NCBI GenBank assembly: GCA_039630245.1 | Contig: JBCNVK010000001.1 | Span: 101,625 to 165,624 of the forward strand | DNA: 64,000 bases | Direction: 5' to 3' | Origin: Bacteroidia bacterium | GTDB taxonomy: Bacteria > Bacteroidota > Bacteroidia > SpSt-205 | Part shown: positions 1 through 9,678 of the stretch, in pieces | Numbering within the stretch: the first letter of the stretch is position 1 | Layout: each line of letters begins with the position of its first letter | Notes under the pieces: generated by a model | The model's input: only the letters and a program-made list of their open reading frames with translations | Told to the model about the DNA's origin: nothing | Database searches by the model: none | Position numbers and translations under genes: made by a program

Positions 1-140
1 CGTTGTAATCCTCTCCAACCGCACCTACCCCTCCAGTAGCGACCCGCGCTTCAATCAGCAAAAAGTGCGGCTCCAACTTCTGGAAGCTATAGAGGCCGAC
101 TTAGGGCTGCGCTGAGGCGAATTTTGTTTCTTCCCAAAGC

Positions 141-950
141 ATGCGGCGTCTGGTACTGCTGACCGCCGGATTAGGCCTTAGCGGATGTCTCAAGCTTATA
201 GATGTGGATGTGCCAGCCGATACCGGGGAGCTGGTCGTAGAAGGCTACTACAGTGATAGAGATACGGCTATGGTAAAAGTAAGCCGAACTGCGCCGTATT
301 TCGGTGAAAGTGCCCCGCGCCCTATTTCGGATGCCTTAGTGATCTTAGAAGAGCTAGAGACTGGGGCTCGGGATACCCTGCACTGGCGGGATACGGCTTA
401 CTTCCGTGTAGGCGGTCAGGTAAGACCAGTAGCCGGCCACACCTATAGGCTCACCGTGCATACCCAAGAAGAGGAAGTCAAGGCGGTTTCGCGCCTACCC
501 CGACGCGTTCCGATAGACACGCTGATTATTCTTTATAGACCCGCCATAGGGCGCTTGCCCGAAGGCTATCGGGCATTTGGCTTTGCTCGCGACCCAGGCG
601 GAGAAGATAACGCCTACCGTGCACGCGTGTGGCGCAATGATACGCTCTTCAACCGCCCCGTAGACTGGATATACTCCGACGATAGGTACATAGACGGGCG
701 GCTGATTGTATTTGAGTTTCCCTACCCCCTCAACTCAGGGGATAAATTTACCCTAGAGCTGCGCACCATACCGACGGAAGTAGTGCGGTATTACGACCAA
801 GTTATTCGGAATGCCTTTGGGGGAAGTGGTGGGTTTGCCCCCCCACCCGATAACGCCTATTCTAACTTTCAGGGTGGTAAGCGGCGCGTGTGGGGATATT
901 TCATGGCGTATGCCAGCGATATCAAAACCGCTGTAGCCCCTCAGCGATAG
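141..950 (+). CDS. Lipoprotein, DUF4249-like
   Basis: ATG start. N-terminus MRRLVLLTAGLGLSGC is a lipoprotein-type signal peptide. Size and composition resemble Bacteroidota DUF4249 lipoproteins, but that family call is from memory only. Confidence 0.55.
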   Translation: MRRLVLLTAGLGLSGCLKLIDVDVPADTGELVVEGYYSDRDTAMVKVSRTAPYFGESAPRPISDALVILEELETGARDTLHWRDTAYFRVGGQVRPVAGHTYRLTVHTQEEEVKAVSRLPRRVPIDTLIILYRPAIGRLPEGYRAFGFARDPGGEDNAYRARVWRNDTLFNRPVDWIYSDDRYIDGRLIVFEFPYPLNSGDKFTLELRTIPTEVVRYYDQVIRNAFGGSGGFAPPPDNAYSNFQGGKRRVWGYFMAYASDIKTAVAPQR

Positions 951-2110
951 CGCTGCCAATCCTCTCGGTTAGGCCCAGTAGAGAGGGCGCCTACAGGCAC
1001 CCCTGTTTCCTTTTCTAGGAAGCGTACAAATTCCTTGAAGTTTTCGTCGCCCAATGTACGCCAGCCGGAAAAGCTTTTGTAGGTAGGGTGCGTATCGGAG
1101 CCGCCAACGCGCACTTTTATTTCAGGTAGGCCGCAAAGGATATCAGCTTTTGTAAGCGCTAAGAGGGAGACGCCATTTAGGGCTATGGCATAGCGGAGCG
1201 CCACAAGGTCTAGCCAACCGCAACGGCGCAGACGGCCCGTCGTAGCGCCCCGCTCTCCACCCTTCTCCTGAAGCCAGGCCGCTAGAGGCCCATGAATCTC
1301 GGTTGGAAAGGGGCCACTCCCTACACGGGTAGTATAGGCCTTTAGAACCCCCCAAACCGTCCCAATAGCCTGCGGCGGCACACTAAGCCCCGCCAGTACC
1401 CCAGCTATAGTGGTATGCGAAGAGGTTACATAAGGATAGGTGCCCGCAAAAATATCTAAGAGCGTACCCTGCGAACCCTCCGCTAAAATGCGGTCAAACT
1501 GGCGAATCCAGCTGAAGGTCTCCACCCGCGGGAGGCTTCGCAGCAGCTCGATCCCAGCCCAGAATCCTTCTGGAATTTCAGGCGGGGGCGCATCGGGAAA
1601 GTGCCGCGCATGATAGGCGGTAAGCTCTTGTATCTGCTGAGGGAAGTTGGGGCTATCCAGCCAGGCCAAAGGCAGGCCCCGCCGGGCGTAACGGTCCGCA
1701 TACGCTGGGCCAATCCCCCGCCGCGTCGTGCCTATCCGCGCACTTTCCGGACTTACCTCCTCCAGCCAGCGGTGAATAGGGAGGATGAGCTGTACACCCC
1801 GCCCTAAAGCCAAGCGCTCCCGCAAGGAGAGCCCCAATTCCTCCAGCCCCTTCACTTCCTGCGCAAATATCTCTGGATCTATCAGCGCGCCATCCCCAAT
1901 AAAGCATAGTACGTTTGGGTGAAAAATACCCGCTGGAATCTGATGCAGGACTACCTTTTGGCCTCGGTGATAGAGCGTATGACCTGCGTTAGGCCCGCCC
2001 TGAAAACGTGCCACTACGGGGTACTCTGCCGCTAAGGCATCTACTACCTTTCCCTTGCCTTCATCGCCCCACTGGAGTCCCAGAACTACATCTACACGGA
2101 GCAAACCCAT
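941..2110 (-). CDS. purA: Adenylosuccinate synthetase
   Basis: N-terminal P-loop GLQWGDEGKGKVVD and the downstream ARFQGGPNAGHTL motif are characteristic of PurA. Confidence 0.9.
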   Translation of the reverse strand: MGLLRVDVVLGLQWGDEGKGKVVDALAAEYPVVARFQGGPNAGHTLYHRGQKVVLHQIPAGIFHPNVLCFIGDGALIDPEIFAQEVKGLEELGLSLRERLALGRGVQLILPIHRWLEEVSPESARIGTTRRGIGPAYADRYARRGLPLAWLDSPNFPQQIQELTAYHARHFPDAPPPEIPEGFWAGIELLRSLPRVETFSWIRQFDRILAEGSQGTLLDIFAGTYPYVTSSHTTIAGVLAGLSVPPQAIGTVWGVLKAYTTRVGSGPFPTEIHGPLAAWLQEKGGERGATTGRLRRCGWLDLVALRYAIALNGVSLLALTKADILCGLPEIKVRVGGSDTHPTYKSFSGWRTLGDENFKEFVRFLEKETGVPVGALSTGPNREDWQRYR

Positions 2111-2473
2111 CTAAGACAGGGCCGCAAGGGCCTCCTCCACCGTCTCCCGAATAGGAAATACCGTATCTAAGCGCGTGATATGCAAAAGGCTGCGAATATT
2201 GGCCGGTAAAGCCGCCAGAATGAACTCCCCACCCGCCGAGCGCGTGCGGGAAAAAAGCGTAATTAACGATCCAAGCCCAGAACTATTCATGTTGCGCACA
2301 TTAGAAAGATCCAAAATAAAGTTTCTCTGACCTTTTTCCAGAAGCTCTAGCAGGGCGCTTTTGAACTGTTGCTGCGTCGAGTCCCCCATCAGGCTGCCTT
2401 CCAGTCGGAAGACAATGGCCTTGTCCATATCTTGTTTGGTGTAGTTCATATGCAGGTCAGGATTGTAATTCAT
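2111..2473 (-). CDS. STAS-domain anti-sigma-factor antagonist (SpoIIAA-like)
   Basis: About 120 aa. Contains ...NMNSSGLGSLITL..., typical of the STAS fold. Confidence 0.7.
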   Translation of the reverse strand: MNYNPDLHMNYTKQDMDKAIVFRLEGSLMGDSTQQQFKSALLELLEKGQRNFILDLSNVRNMNSSGLGSLITLFSRTRSAGGEFILAALPANIRSLLHITRLDTVFPIRETVEEALAALS

Positions 2474-2952
2474 TTCTCTGCAAAGGTATAGACTTTAGGG
2501 CGGTGCGGACAAAGCGCATCCGTGCAACGGGCATATATTACTAGGTCGTGGCGGACGGCTTGCATCCGAAAGAGGCGCTCTATGCCCTGCAAAACAAAGC
2601 CCACTTGGGGATCGCAGAATTCCTGTATGAAGCCGCAATCAAGGCATATCAGGTGATCGTGCTGCTGTCGGCCTAAACTGCGCTCATAGACCATCCGCCC
2701 TTCATAAAAGCTATACCGCCTGACTAAGCCGCAGGCTAAGAATAACTCTAGCGTGTTATAGACCGTGGCCCTGCTTACTTTGAGGCCTTTTTTGAGGAGA
2801 TGCATATAGAGGGTCTCGGCGTCAAAGTGCGTAAGCTCCTCGTAAATAGCACGCAGAATGTGGGTGCGTTCAGCGGTTCGGCGGAGGCGCTGCTGCGCCA
2901 AATAGGCTTCCAGATGCCTCTGGGCCTGCTGGAAGGCCTCTGAGGAAGGCAT
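2470..2952 (-). CDS. fur: Fur-family transcriptional regulator (Fur/PerR/Zur)
   Basis: Winged-helix RATVYNTLELF, then the metal-site motifs HDHLICLDCG and a downstream ...CTDALCPH... cluster. The purA-fur neighbourhood is common in Bacteroidota. Confidence 0.8.
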   Translation of the reverse strand: MPSSEAFQQAQRHLEAYLAQQRLRRTAERTHILRAIYEELTHFDAETLYMHLLKKGLKVSRATVYNTLELFLACGLVRRYSFYEGRMVYERSLGRQQHDHLICLDCGFIQEFCDPQVGFVLQGIERLFRMQAVRHDLVIYARCTDALCPHRPKVYTFAEK

Positions 2953-2998
2953 TGAGCGAATATAATTCTTTCCGAGAGTTCCGTACCTTTGTGGAAGC

Positions 2999-3071
<73 letters not shown>

Positions 3072-3072
3072 C

Positions 3073-3495
3073 GTGGAGATAAATCTCCGATGGACGGGTG
3101 CGGGTCTCCACTTTTTAGCGCAGGCGGAAAGTGGCCACACCACCGCTTATGACTCCCCCGTAGAAGTAGGGGGTACGGACCAGGCCATGCGGCCTATGGA
3201 GGGCCTTCTTAGCGCTATGGCGGCCTGCTTTGCGGCAGATGTGGTAAGTATCCTACAAAAAAAGCGCTGCGAGATTCGCCAATTTCGTGTGCGCGCTACG
3301 GGCGAGCGCCGCACGGAATTCCCGCGCATTTTCACCAAAGTGCATCTCCTAGTAGAAGTAGAAAGCCCTAATGCCCAACCCGCTGATGTGGAGCGCAGCA
3401 TTGAGCTTTCCCGCACTAAGTACTGTAGTGCCATGGCTATGTTTGCCGCAGCTGGCTGTGAGATAGTGATTGACTATACCCTCCGCTCGAGCTAA
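3073..3495 (+). CDS. OsmC/Ohr-family peroxiredoxin-like protein
   Basis: GTG start 2 nt after the tRNA. Contains MRPMEGLLSAMAACFAADVVSILQKKR, with the OsmC paired cysteines. Confidence 0.8.
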   Translation: MEINLRWTGAGLHFLAQAESGHTTAYDSPVEVGGTDQAMRPMEGLLSAMAACFAADVVSILQKKRCEIRQFRVRATGERRTEFPRIFTKVHLLVEVESPNAQPADVERSIELSRTKYCSAMAMFAAAGCEIVIDYTLRSS

Positions 3496-4502
3496 TGTGG
3501 GCAGTCACAGGCGCTACGGGCTTTGTAGGCTACCACTTTTTAGCCGAATGGAAGCGCCGCAGGAAGCCGGTGCCTTTGCGCCTTTTGGTACGCGACCCCA
3601 CCCATCCAACCCTACAGCCTTATATAGGCGAGGTGGAGATTCAGCAAAGCGCCCTTCAAGACGCACATGCTCTTTTTGGCTTCTGCTCGGGCGCAGAAGC
3701 TGTGATCCATCTGGCCGCTACGATCAGTTTCTCGCCCCGCGCCCGAGCCTGGATGCACCAGACGAATGTAGAAGGCACGCGCAACCTTGTTAACGCCGCT
3801 TTAGAAGCGGGCGTGCGCCGCTTCGTGTACCTCAGTTCTATTGCGGCTCTCAGCCGCCCCGCCAGCTCTAGCGAGCCCCTGAACGAAGACACGCTCTGGG
3901 AAGAGTCTCCCTACAATACCTACTACGGCTATACAAAGTACCTAGGCGAAAAAGAGGTTTGGCGCGGCGGCGAGGAAGGGCTCTCTATTCTCATATTCAA
4001 CCCTGGGATCATCCTAGGCCCTTACCTCAGCTGGGAAAAAGGCAGCCCCGCTTTTTTCCGCATGATTTGGCGAGGCCTACCATTCTATCCTGTAGGCAGT
4101 AGCGGCTTTGTGGGCGTGTCGGATGTCATAAGGGCCATTTTCATGGGTATGGAGCTTTACCCCGCTGGCTGGGGGAAGCGGTACATCTTAGTAGCGGAAA
4201 ACCGAACCTATAAGGAGATTTTTGAGGCTATTGCGCGAGCCTTAGGACGACGCCCCCCACGCTTACCCATTCCGCGCCGTATGGCGGTAGGCTTTGGATG
4301 GCTAATGGAGCACCTAGGGCGAGCACTTGGCCTTCCAGCCGCCGCCACGCGCGAAACAGCCCGAACCAGCAGCGCCCATTTTGCCTATAATGGCAATCGT
4401 ATTACCCAGACCTGGCCTTTTGTTTATACTCCCATACGAGAAGTTATAGAAGAGACGGCAAAAGTGTTTCTTTCTACCTATGCGGGTGCAGCTAAACGGT
4501 GA
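3495..4502 (+). CDS. NAD-dependent epimerase/dehydratase (SDR family)
   Basis: N-terminal Rossmann motif VTGATGFVGYH and a YxxxK catalytic region. Confidence 0.8.
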   Translation: MWAVTGATGFVGYHFLAEWKRRRKPVPLRLLVRDPTHPTLQPYIGEVEIQQSALQDAHALFGFCSGAEAVIHLAATISFSPRARAWMHQTNVEGTRNLVNAALEAGVRRFVYLSSIAALSRPASSSEPLNEDTLWEESPYNTYYGYTKYLGEKEVWRGGEEGLSILIFNPGIILGPYLSWEKGSPAFFRMIWRGLPFYPVGSSGFVGVSDVIRAIFMGMELYPAGWGKRYILVAENRTYKEIFEAIARALGRRPPRLPIPRRMAVGFGWLMEHLGRALGLPAAATRETARTSSAHFAYNGNRITQTWPFVYTPIREVIEETAKVFLSTYAGAAKR

Positions 4503-4686
4503 GGCCCTCACATTACCTGAGAACCTGAGTATTTTACAGCTTTTAGAGCGACTGGGAATTTCACCCGAAAGGGTGGGTTTAGCCGTAGCTGTAAATAGGC
4601 GGGTGGTCCCCCGCACGAAGTGGGGTTCTACGGTGCTGGCGGAAGGGGATCAAGTAGAGCTGGTATATGCCCGCCAAGGGGGCTGA
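4480..4686 (+). CDS. thiS: Sulfur-carrier protein ThiS
   Basis: 66-68 aa. Begins MRVQLNGEALTL... and ends in GG (ARQGG). Overlaps the epimerase gene by 23 nt. Confidence 0.75.
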   Translation: MRVQLNGEALTLPENLSILQLLERLGISPERVGLAVAVNRRVVPRTKWGSTVLAEGDQVELVYARQGG

Positions 4687-5803
4687 AATAGGCGTAGTTG
4701 GCGCGGGGGCAGCGGGTTTAGGGATAGCCTGGAAGCTGGCCGAGCGCGGCTACACGGTTCTCTTGCTGGAGGCACGTGAGCCAGGTAGCGGTGCCATGAC
4801 GGCGTCCGGCGGCATGCTTTCTCCAGCCTATGAGGCCGAGTATGAGGAAATACCGCTTCTGCAGGCCTTTCTTCACAGCCGGCGTCTTTACCCCGCATGG
4901 GCAGAAGCTTTAGGCGATATTGGCTATACCGCCTGTGGCACCTACGAGCTTGCCCTTACGCCAGAGGACGTGCCTTACGTAAGGCGGCGCTGGGAATTTG
5001 AGCGCGCCCAAGGCATAGAAGTAGAATGGCTGGAAGGCGCTGCCCTGCGGCGACATCTACCCTCCATCTCGCCCCGCATTCCCGCTGGCACTTATGCGCC
5101 CGATGAAGGGCAAGTCCTACCCGAGCGGCTGCGCGACCGTTTAGTAGAAGCTATTCAGCGCCACCGAGGTACCATCCTTTCTCACACTCCTGTCCAGCGT
5201 ATTTCGTATGCGGCACAGGCCTTTCATCTTCATACATACCACCAAACCTACACTGTAGAAACCCTTATCGTATGCACAGGGGTGCCCTTAGAAGGGCTCA
5301 GCCTGCCCTTCAAGGTCTATCCTATTCGTGGCCAGATGATAGCCGTGGAATCACCCCATCCGAATTGGCTCTCGGCCCCCGTACGCTACTTCAACAAGAT
5401 GACCGGCTACGGCTATACTATCCCCAAGGGCTCTTACCTTATCCTCGGTGGTACAGCGGAGGAGAAGGGGTATGATACGTCCCTCACCGTCGGTGGCGTC
5501 TTAGATATTCTGCGACGGGCTTACTACGTTTTCCCAGACCTATACGAGCAGCGGATTTTACGCTTTTGGGCTGGATTGCGCCCAGCTACGGCAGAAAGAA
5601 GACCCGTTTTTTGGAAGGTTAGAGGCCTCCCGCTCTACTATGTAAATGGCCTCTACCGAAATGGCATTCTCCTTTTGCCTTTAGTGGCTGAGGGGGTAGC
5701 GGCTTGGGTAGCCGAAGGCACGGTACATCCCCTTTTAGCTCCTTTCACCCGAGAGGTGGAAGAAGGAAGCTTAGCGCTTTCGTCGGCGCCACCAGCGCCA
5801 TAG
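4667..5803 (+). CDS. thiO: Glycine oxidase ThiO / FAD-dependent oxidoreductase
   Basis: N-terminal FAD dinucleotide fold IGVVGAGAAGLGIAWKLAERGYTVLLLE. Lies immediately downstream of thiS. Confidence 0.7.
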   Translation: MPAKGAEIGVVGAGAAGLGIAWKLAERGYTVLLLEAREPGSGAMTASGGMLSPAYEAEYEEIPLLQAFLHSRRLYPAWAEALGDIGYTACGTYELALTPEDVPYVRRRWEFERAQGIEVEWLEGAALRRHLPSISPRIPAGTYAPDEGQVLPERLRDRLVEAIQRHRGTILSHTPVQRISYAAQAFHLHTYHQTYTVETLIVCTGVPLEGLSLPFKVYPIRGQMIAVESPHPNWLSAPVRYFNKMTGYGYTIPKGSYLILGGTAEEKGYDTSLTVGGVLDILRRAYYVFPDLYEQRILRFWAGLRPATAERRPVFWKVRGLPLYYVNGLYRNGILLLPLVAEGVAAWVAEGTVHPLLAPFTREVEEGSLALSSAPPAP

Positions 5804-6496
5804 CCCCCAGCCTAAGCCGCCCAGCAGCCAAACCCACCACAGCTCCGCAAGCCAGAAGGTAAATCGGATAAACCCGCGCCATCCTTCAGCTAGGCTGCGC
5901 TTCAGGTGCCCTAAATAGCTCCCTCCTTGAAAATAGTCCAAGTAGTAGGGGTTATATACGGTAATTTCCACTTGCAGGTAGCGCCGCTCCAGCTCCTGCT
6001 GATAAAGCGTATCACGCAGCGCGGCATACTCCGCTAAGGCTCTCTGAAGTTCGCGCTCTATTGCTAATATATCGCTAGCGGTTCGGGCATTCTGGAGGAG
6101 GGCTTTGAGGCGCTGAATGGCCTCTTCCTTCATTTGGAGACGGCTCTGGAGGTGGTGTAGGCTCTCGGCAGGCCGCAAAGCGGTATAGTATTCGCTTAGC
6201 AGTTTGCCTAAGCGGCTTACCTGCGCTAAAAAGGCTGGGGCTTTTTCCTTAGGAAGGCGAAGGCGGCAGAGGTAGGCCTGGTTAGCGCGCCTTTCCCTAT
6301 AGAGGAAATAGCCGCCTGCAAGGGTAGCCCAGTGGTGCAGAGAGTCTATAGCTGCCGGCCAATCATGCGGCACAAGCTCTAGAATGGCCTTATGCTGCTC
6401 GCTTTCCATGGGCGCTGGAGGAGCCCCACCCGTAGGACCACCACAGGCGGACAAGGCGAGCAGAATAAGGAGAAGACCCCGCCGCCCTTTCCGCAT
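5771..6496 (-). CDS. Lipoprotein with coiled-coil region and C-terminal Trp-rich transmembrane segment (DUF4349-like)
   Basis: Signal peptide plus Cys (LLALSACGG), central coiled-coil, C-terminal hydrophobic WLAELWWVWLLGGLGWGLW followed by basic residues. Family call from memory. Confidence 0.5.
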   Translation of the reverse strand: MRKGRRGLLLILLALSACGGPTGGAPPAPMESEQHKAILELVPHDWPAAIDSLHHWATLAGGYFLYRERRANQAYLCRLRLPKEKAPAFLAQVSRLGKLLSEYYTALRPAESLHHLQSRLQMKEEAIQRLKALLQNARTASDILAIERELQRALAEYAALRDTLYQQELERRYLQVEITVYNPYYLDYFQGGSYLGHLKRSLAEGWRGFIRFTFWLAELWWVWLLGGLGWGLWRWWRRRKR

Positions 6497-6536
6497 CTAT
6501 CTAAGGTACATTAGGTTAGCCTTATATTTGCGCTGC

Positions 6537-7223
6537 ATGAGCGAGGAGCAGGCGGCTAAATCCTCCGCTGAGGTATCCGAGGCGGCTAACCCCCTAAAAG
6601 CCCTTTGGCGAAGGTTCCAAGAGCGCCGCTGGCTCTCCTATGCAACGCTTGCGGTGGTTATAGTAGTAGTGGGGGTTCTGAGCTACTGGCAGTATCTGCG
6701 CAGCCAAAACGAGGAATGCCTGCGCGAGATGCGATTTGCGGAGAGTTACTTTCGGCAGGATTCATTTGAAAAGGCGCTGGCGGGCACGGCTACGGCTATG
6801 GGTTTCGCGCAGCTGGTGGAGGCCTATCCCCACACCGAAGCCGGTAATCTATGCCGCCTCTACGCTGGCCTATGCTACCTCCGCCTTAATAAGCCCGAAG
6901 CGGCCGTGGAGATGCTGGCCAAATACGATGCGCCCGATAGCTACTTAGGGGGGATAGCTTTAGGAGCGCTGGCCGGCGCCTACGCCGAGCTGAGAGAATT
7001 CAAGAAAGCCGCTCGGTATTATGAGAAAGCGGCCCGCCTCCACCGCAATAGCCAGACTAGCCCGCTCTACCTTATCCATGCGGGACTGTGCTACGAGCTG
7101 GCGGAAGAATGGGAAAAAGCCGCCAAAATGTACGAAGAAATCACCCACAAGTACCCGATGGCGATGGAGTTTTCTACGGCCCAGAAACACCTAGCGCGCG
7201 TGCGCACTCGGCATGCGCACTAA
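6537..7223 (+). CDS. Tetratricopeptide-repeat protein with N-terminal TM anchor
   Basis: Start refined to the internal ATG at 6537 so the gene does not overlap the upstream gene on the opposite strand. One transmembrane helix followed by TPR-like AxxYxxA repeats. Confidence 0.6.
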   Translation: MSEEQAAKSSAEVSEAANPLKALWRRFQERRWLSYATLAVVIVVVGVLSYWQYLRSQNEECLREMRFAESYFRQDSFEKALAGTATAMGFAQLVEAYPHTEAGNLCRLYAGLCYLRLNKPEAAVEMLAKYDAPDSYLGGIALGALAGAYAELREFKKAARYYEKAARLHRNSQTSPLYLIHAGLCYELAEEWEKAAKMYEEITHKYPMAMEFSTAQKHLARVRTRHAH

Positions 7224-7866
7224 GCCCGTTCTTTACACGCCGCCCCCCTTTATTTTAGAGCGGGGGCGCCTTTTTGTGCTGCGTACGAGCTGGCATGAGG
7301 CCCTCACCCTTCAAATGTGGCAGGAAGCGCGCTATCGCCTGGATGAGATTGGCTTCCCGCCCGAACGTACCCATGTTTTCACTGTGCCGGGCGCCTTTGA
7401 ACTGCCCCAACTGGCTGCTATGCTGGCGCGCCACTACAGCTGGCGCGTAGGCTTTTCCCAGCGCGTGGCTATCCAAGGCCCCTCGCACATCCAAAGTAAC
7501 CTCCGCTTCCCCCCCTTTTTCATGGGAAATTTGGAGAGCCAACTGCGGGCCGAATTCCTCTTAGAATCGGCGGGGCCTATTGGCTACCTGCAGCCCTATG
7601 AGCCAGGTGAGACCGGTGAGCTGCCAGTCCTCCTCACGCTCGGCTGTATCCTCAAAGGTGAGACCGAACATAATCGCTATTTAGCGCAGGCCGTCTTTGC
7701 GGCCCTCCTCCATATTGCGATTCAGAGCGGCATTCCCATAACCCTAGGCATTCTGACGCCCGACACCTACGAGCAGGCGGTAGAACGGATCCCACAAGCC
7801 CGCGAATGGGCCGTAGCCGGCTTTCACGTATGGGCTACCCGCCTCAGCTTTAATAAACCTGTGTGA
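7213..7866 (+). CDS. ribH: 6,7-dimethyl-8-ribityllumazine synthase carrying an internal insertion
   Basis: Matches RibH across VPGAFELP, the LTLGCILKGETEHNRYLAQAV loop, and GIPITLGILTPDTYEQAVER. About 55 extra residues sit between the KYD-equivalent position and the GxxxxGETxH loop. Confidence 0.7.
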   Translation: MRTKPVLYTPPPFILERGRLFVLRTSWHEALTLQMWQEARYRLDEIGFPPERTHVFTVPGAFELPQLAAMLARHYSWRVGFSQRVAIQGPSHIQSNLRFPPFFMGNLESQLRAEFLLESAGPIGYLQPYEPGETGELPVLLTLGCILKGETEHNRYLAQAVFAALLHIAIQSGIPITLGILTPDTYEQAVERIPQAREWAVAGFHVWATRLSFNKPV

Positions 7867-8714
7867 CAAGGGGTAGCCTGCCATTTTTCTCCACCCTTCT
7901 GAGCAGCGGTTTAGCGCTTTTTCTACTGGGCGCCTATATCCTCTTACTGCTTTTAGGCCAGCTTCTTCTAGAGCAAGCGCGCGCAGGGCTAGAATACCGC
8001 GTGCATCTCTACACGCCCGTGGACTCCGTCCAGGTTCATGCCCTATATGAATGGCTTCGCCGCCACCCGCTCGTCCGAGAGGTGCGCTACATTCCCCCCG
8101 AGGAAGCCATGGAAAACTTCCGCGAAATAGCCGGCGAGGAGTTTGTGCGAGCTATGGAAGGCTTCAACCCTTTCCCACCCACCTTTCGCGTACTTTTCCA
8201 CGGCGAAAAAGTACGCAGCGATAGCATTCTCCGCCTGACGGCCCATCTGCTAGAGTGGGATATGGTTAAGGAAACCGAATACCCCCGTCGCCTGCTAGAG
8301 ATTTTAGAAAAGCGCACCACTACAGTGCAGACTATAGGCTTGGCCGTGGGAGTAATTATGGTAGTCGTTACTTTCCTGCTTATCTTCAATACGGTTCGCC
8401 TAGCCATATTTGCCCGGCGGTTGGAGATTCGTACGATGGAGCTGGTAGGGGCTACGCGCCACTACATTCAAAAGCCTTTTCTAATGGTAGGGGTTATTCA
8501 GGGTTTATTGAGCGCCTTTCTGGCTTGCTTGAGCTTGCACGGCGCCCTGCTTCTGATTGACCGCTACTTTCTTTCGCTGGCCTTTCTCCTGCGCGACCCG
8601 CGCTTGGCCTTTGTGTATGCGATTCTATTGAGTTTCGGTGGCCTAGTAGGCTACTTAGCCAGTAAATTTGCGCTGGAGCGGTTCCTGAACCAGACTTTAG
8701 AAAAGCTTATATGA
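7863..8714 (+). CDS. ftsX: Cell-division ABC-transporter permease FtsX-like
   Basis: N-terminal TM, periplasmic domain, three C-terminal TM helices. Position ahead of DUF3098-uppP-truB matches the conserved Bacteroidota arrangement. Confidence 0.75.
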   Translation: MTRGSLPFFSTLLSSGLALFLLGAYILLLLLGQLLLEQARAGLEYRVHLYTPVDSVQVHALYEWLRRHPLVREVRYIPPEEAMENFREIAGEEFVRAMEGFNPFPPTFRVLFHGEKVRSDSILRLTAHLLEWDMVKETEYPRRLLEILEKRTTTVQTIGLAVGVIMVVVTFLLIFNTVRLAIFARRLEIRTMELVGATRHYIQKPFLMVGVIQGLLSAFLACLSLHGALLLIDRYFLSLAFLLRDPRLAFVYAILLSFGGLVGYLASKFALERFLNQTLEKLI

Positions 8715-8929
8715 AGAAACCGAAGCTGGAGGAAAACCCCATGCCCTTTACACGGGCTAACTACCAGACCTTGATAGTAGGGGTGATTATACTGCTTATC
8801 GGGTATGGGCTTTTGCTTTGGCCGCCCTATTTCGTAGATAGCCGCACTTTCTCGCCGGCGCTTTATATAGCGCCTTGGGTTATTGTAGGAGGGATAGGTA
8901 CTCTTATCTACGCTATCCTGCGCCGATGA
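8711..8929 (+). CDS. DUF3098-like small membrane protein
   Basis: 72 aa with two TM helices, conserved partner downstream of ftsX in Bacteroidota. Overlaps neighbours by 4 nt (ATGA) at both ends. Confidence 0.6.
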   Translation: MKKPKLEENPMPFTRANYQTLIVGVIILLIGYGLLLWPPYFVDSRTFSPALYIAPWVIVGGIGTLIYAILRR

Positions 8930-9678
8930 GCGTATGGGAGGCGCTCCTTCTGGCATTAGTAGAGGGCCTAACCGAATTCCTGCCTATCTCTTCTACTGGC
9001 CATCTCGTGCTACTTAGCACGTGGCTGGGAAAAGAAAAGGAGGCTTTTTTTCAGAGCTATGAGATTATCATCCAAGGAGGGGCCATTTTAGCCGTATTCT
9101 TTTATCGCTGGAGGCGATGGCGGGAGGTACGGCTTTACCCCCTTCTCCTAGCGGCCTTTTTACCGACGGCGGGGCTGGGGCTACTTCTGCGGGGTATGGT
9201 AGAGCCGCTCTTGAGCCAGCCAGCCGTAGTAGGCCTAAATTTAGTCTTGGGCGGTTTTCTTCTTATTGGGATGGACCGATGGTTCCGCCAGAATAAGGGC
9301 GTATTAGAAGGGCTTTCTCTAAGACAGGCTTTTGTTATAGGAATTGTCCAGGCTATAAGCCTTTTTCCGGGGGTTTCGCGCGCGGCAGCCGCCCTACTTG
9401 GGGCCCAACTGGTTGGACTCAATAAGAGTGCTGCGGCCGAATTTTCCTTTCTTTTAGCCGTGCCTACGCTGGGCGCAGCCTCGGCCTATAAGTTCTGGCA
9501 AATGCCTACTGCCCTTTTAGAGGCTCACTGGGGCCTTCTCCTCTTAGGTAGCGGGGTAGCTTTTGGCGTGGCGCTTCTAGCTATGCGTTTCCTAATGGGT
9601 ATTTGGGAGAGGTGGGGCCTAGCGCCCTTCGGCCTTTATCGGATAGGGCTGGGCAGCGCAGTACTTCTATGGAGATAA
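8926..9678 (+). CDS. uppP: Undecaprenyl-diphosphatase
   Basis: Start refined to the ATG at 8926. Protein begins MSVWEALLLALVEGLTEFLPISSTGHL, the UppP/BacA signature. Confidence 0.85.
   Translation: MSVWEALLLALVEGLTEFLPISSTGHLVLLSTWLGKEKEAFFQSYEIIIQGGAILAVFFYRWRRWREVRLYPLLLAAFLPTAGLGLLLRGMVEPLLSQPAVVGLNLVLGGFLLIGMDRWFRQNKGVLEGLSLRQAFVIGIVQAISLFPGVSRAAAALLGAQLVGLNKSAAAEFSFLLAVPTLGAASAYKFWQMPTALLEAHWGLLLLGSGVAFGVALLAMRFLMGIWERWGLAPFGLYRIGLGSAVLLWR

Noticed and set aside
2-114. Open frame running in from the left edge (…VVILSNRTYPSSSDPRFNQQKVRLQLLEAIEADLGLR*)
   Set aside because: Only 37 codons are visible, with no motif. I cannot say whether it is the real C-terminus of an upstream gene.
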